A stretch of 63,995 bases of DNA, counting the filler, from Basidiobolus ranarum (Eukaryota), in the NCBI GenBank assembly GCA_040143965.1. It is 7 parts of 7 records of this genome, joined end to end, with 100 filler letters (N's around TTAATTAATTAA, not from the genome) between each part and the next. Parts side by side here need not be neighbours in the genome. Positions count along the whole stretch, not along the records: positions 55,401 to 63,995 come from JASJQH010000950.1; 6 more parts are not named here. One strand, 5' to 3'. Position numbers and translations under genes: made by a program. The notes beneath the pieces were generated by a model, which saw nothing but the letters and a program-made list of their open reading frames with translations, searched no databases and had not been told where the DNA came from. Every line of letters starts with the position of its first letter. The stretch's first letter is position 1. Positions 62,826 through 63,995 of the stretch are shown piece by piece.

Positions 62826-63995
62826 GCTTATATGCGTCACACCTCTTCTTAAAAGAGTCACTCAAATCTCTTTACTGTATTTAACTACCATTTACTCTGC
62901 CCTTGCTTCCGTCTCTTCTCCTATAAAAACTATCTAATAAATCGTCCCTAAATGTGTCTTACAGAACCACTAAAGTGAAGGACCCCGCCTCCAATCACTT
63001 CTCTGATTTATCTATAGACAGATATTCCTTTTTCGTACATTCATCGGAGTAACTCCAGGCAAGCATACAAGTAATAAGGGATAAGCCACCCGACAGGATT
63101 TTCGACTAATGACATTCAAGCGGGGAATTCCGAAATCCTTCATCGTGATCTAATGATTTTAGATTGGCTGCTATCCGATGTGATTGCGTACTATTCATCT
63201 ATTCTTTATTGCTTTTTTCCCATGTGTGATGATTCTGCTAAAAAGTGAAACTTGTGCTTACCCCTAACCCTGAAGATTGAGATTGAGATGTTATATGCTC
63301 AACATGGAATGGAAAGGTAATAAACAAATGATGTCATTGAGGTTTAGTCAGTAAAATGTAATAATATATGCCTTCTTTAATTTTACTTGAAATACCCAGA
63401 CAACCATGTACTTGTATCCTTACCACTCACAAACCAATAATTCATTTGATTTAAATATCATTGAAATATCCCTTCATGTATGGATTCTTCGCACTTCCAC
63501 TAAGTTAGTTTTGCATATCTGTAGCTGAAAATAGTCCACTTTTGGTGTAAATATACTCGAATCCCACAATTGCACGAGTTTACAATTTTTTTATAGAAAT
63601 TAAGCACCTACGTTAAAGATACTATTTCTGTGTAAATCCCACTCATACTTGTAAATGAGCCTTTTTGTTATTTACCATTAAACATATAATAGAATGCTTC
63701 ATCTTAAACAACGATATTTTACTAAACGTTAAGTTGGAACCCTCATTTACATTTTACGTATTCAGCAACACTAATTAAGCTATATGTTAATTGGGGAAGG
63801 GGGATGGAATATTTATTTAATATGAGCGGATGTAGGCGCCGTTTGTATCAACCAAAATAGGGAAATGTGGGTATACTTGATACTTCTTCCAACAGATTAG
63901 TTTCATTTTACTTGGCAACTTCAGCCTCAATAGGAATGGATGATACTACCAAGCTTCTCCCACTTTAGCTCTCCAATTGTGGTTATCCTTGTGAT

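Overview
AT-rich, intron-rich eukaryotic DNA from an early-diverging fungus. The gene set (KRE6-like GH16, RTA1, AA11-type LPMO, b5-fused OLE1, ELL, CEP135, U12 introns) fits Zoopagomycota such as Basidiobolus, but that assignment is inference. The window is not one locus: seven ~9.1-kb contigs are joined by six artificial 100-bp N44-TTAATTAATTAA-N44 linkers, so adjacency across linkers means nothing. It holds about 20 protein-coding genes (mostly housekeeping), six copies of one Ty3/Gypsy LTR, one decayed gag-RT element, LINE-like relics and a tRNA-like sequence. Highlights: (1) an intronless gene resembling the bacterial T6SS peptidoglycan-targeting effector family DUF2778/Tlde1, with its His/Cys catalytic motif intact, embedded in a host contig; (2) a clear CEP135/Bld10 centriole protein homolog; (3) a fossil, compact family-B DNA polymerase, possibly from a large DNA virus, split by a solo LTR with a perfect 5-bp TSD; (4) two minor-spliceosome introns (AT-AC and GT-AG) in PIG-B/GPI10; (5) an apparently tandemly duplicated divergent RTA1-TauD module; (6) a possible self-priming PBS in the LTR element. 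All family calls come from motif recognition by eye; no searches were run.
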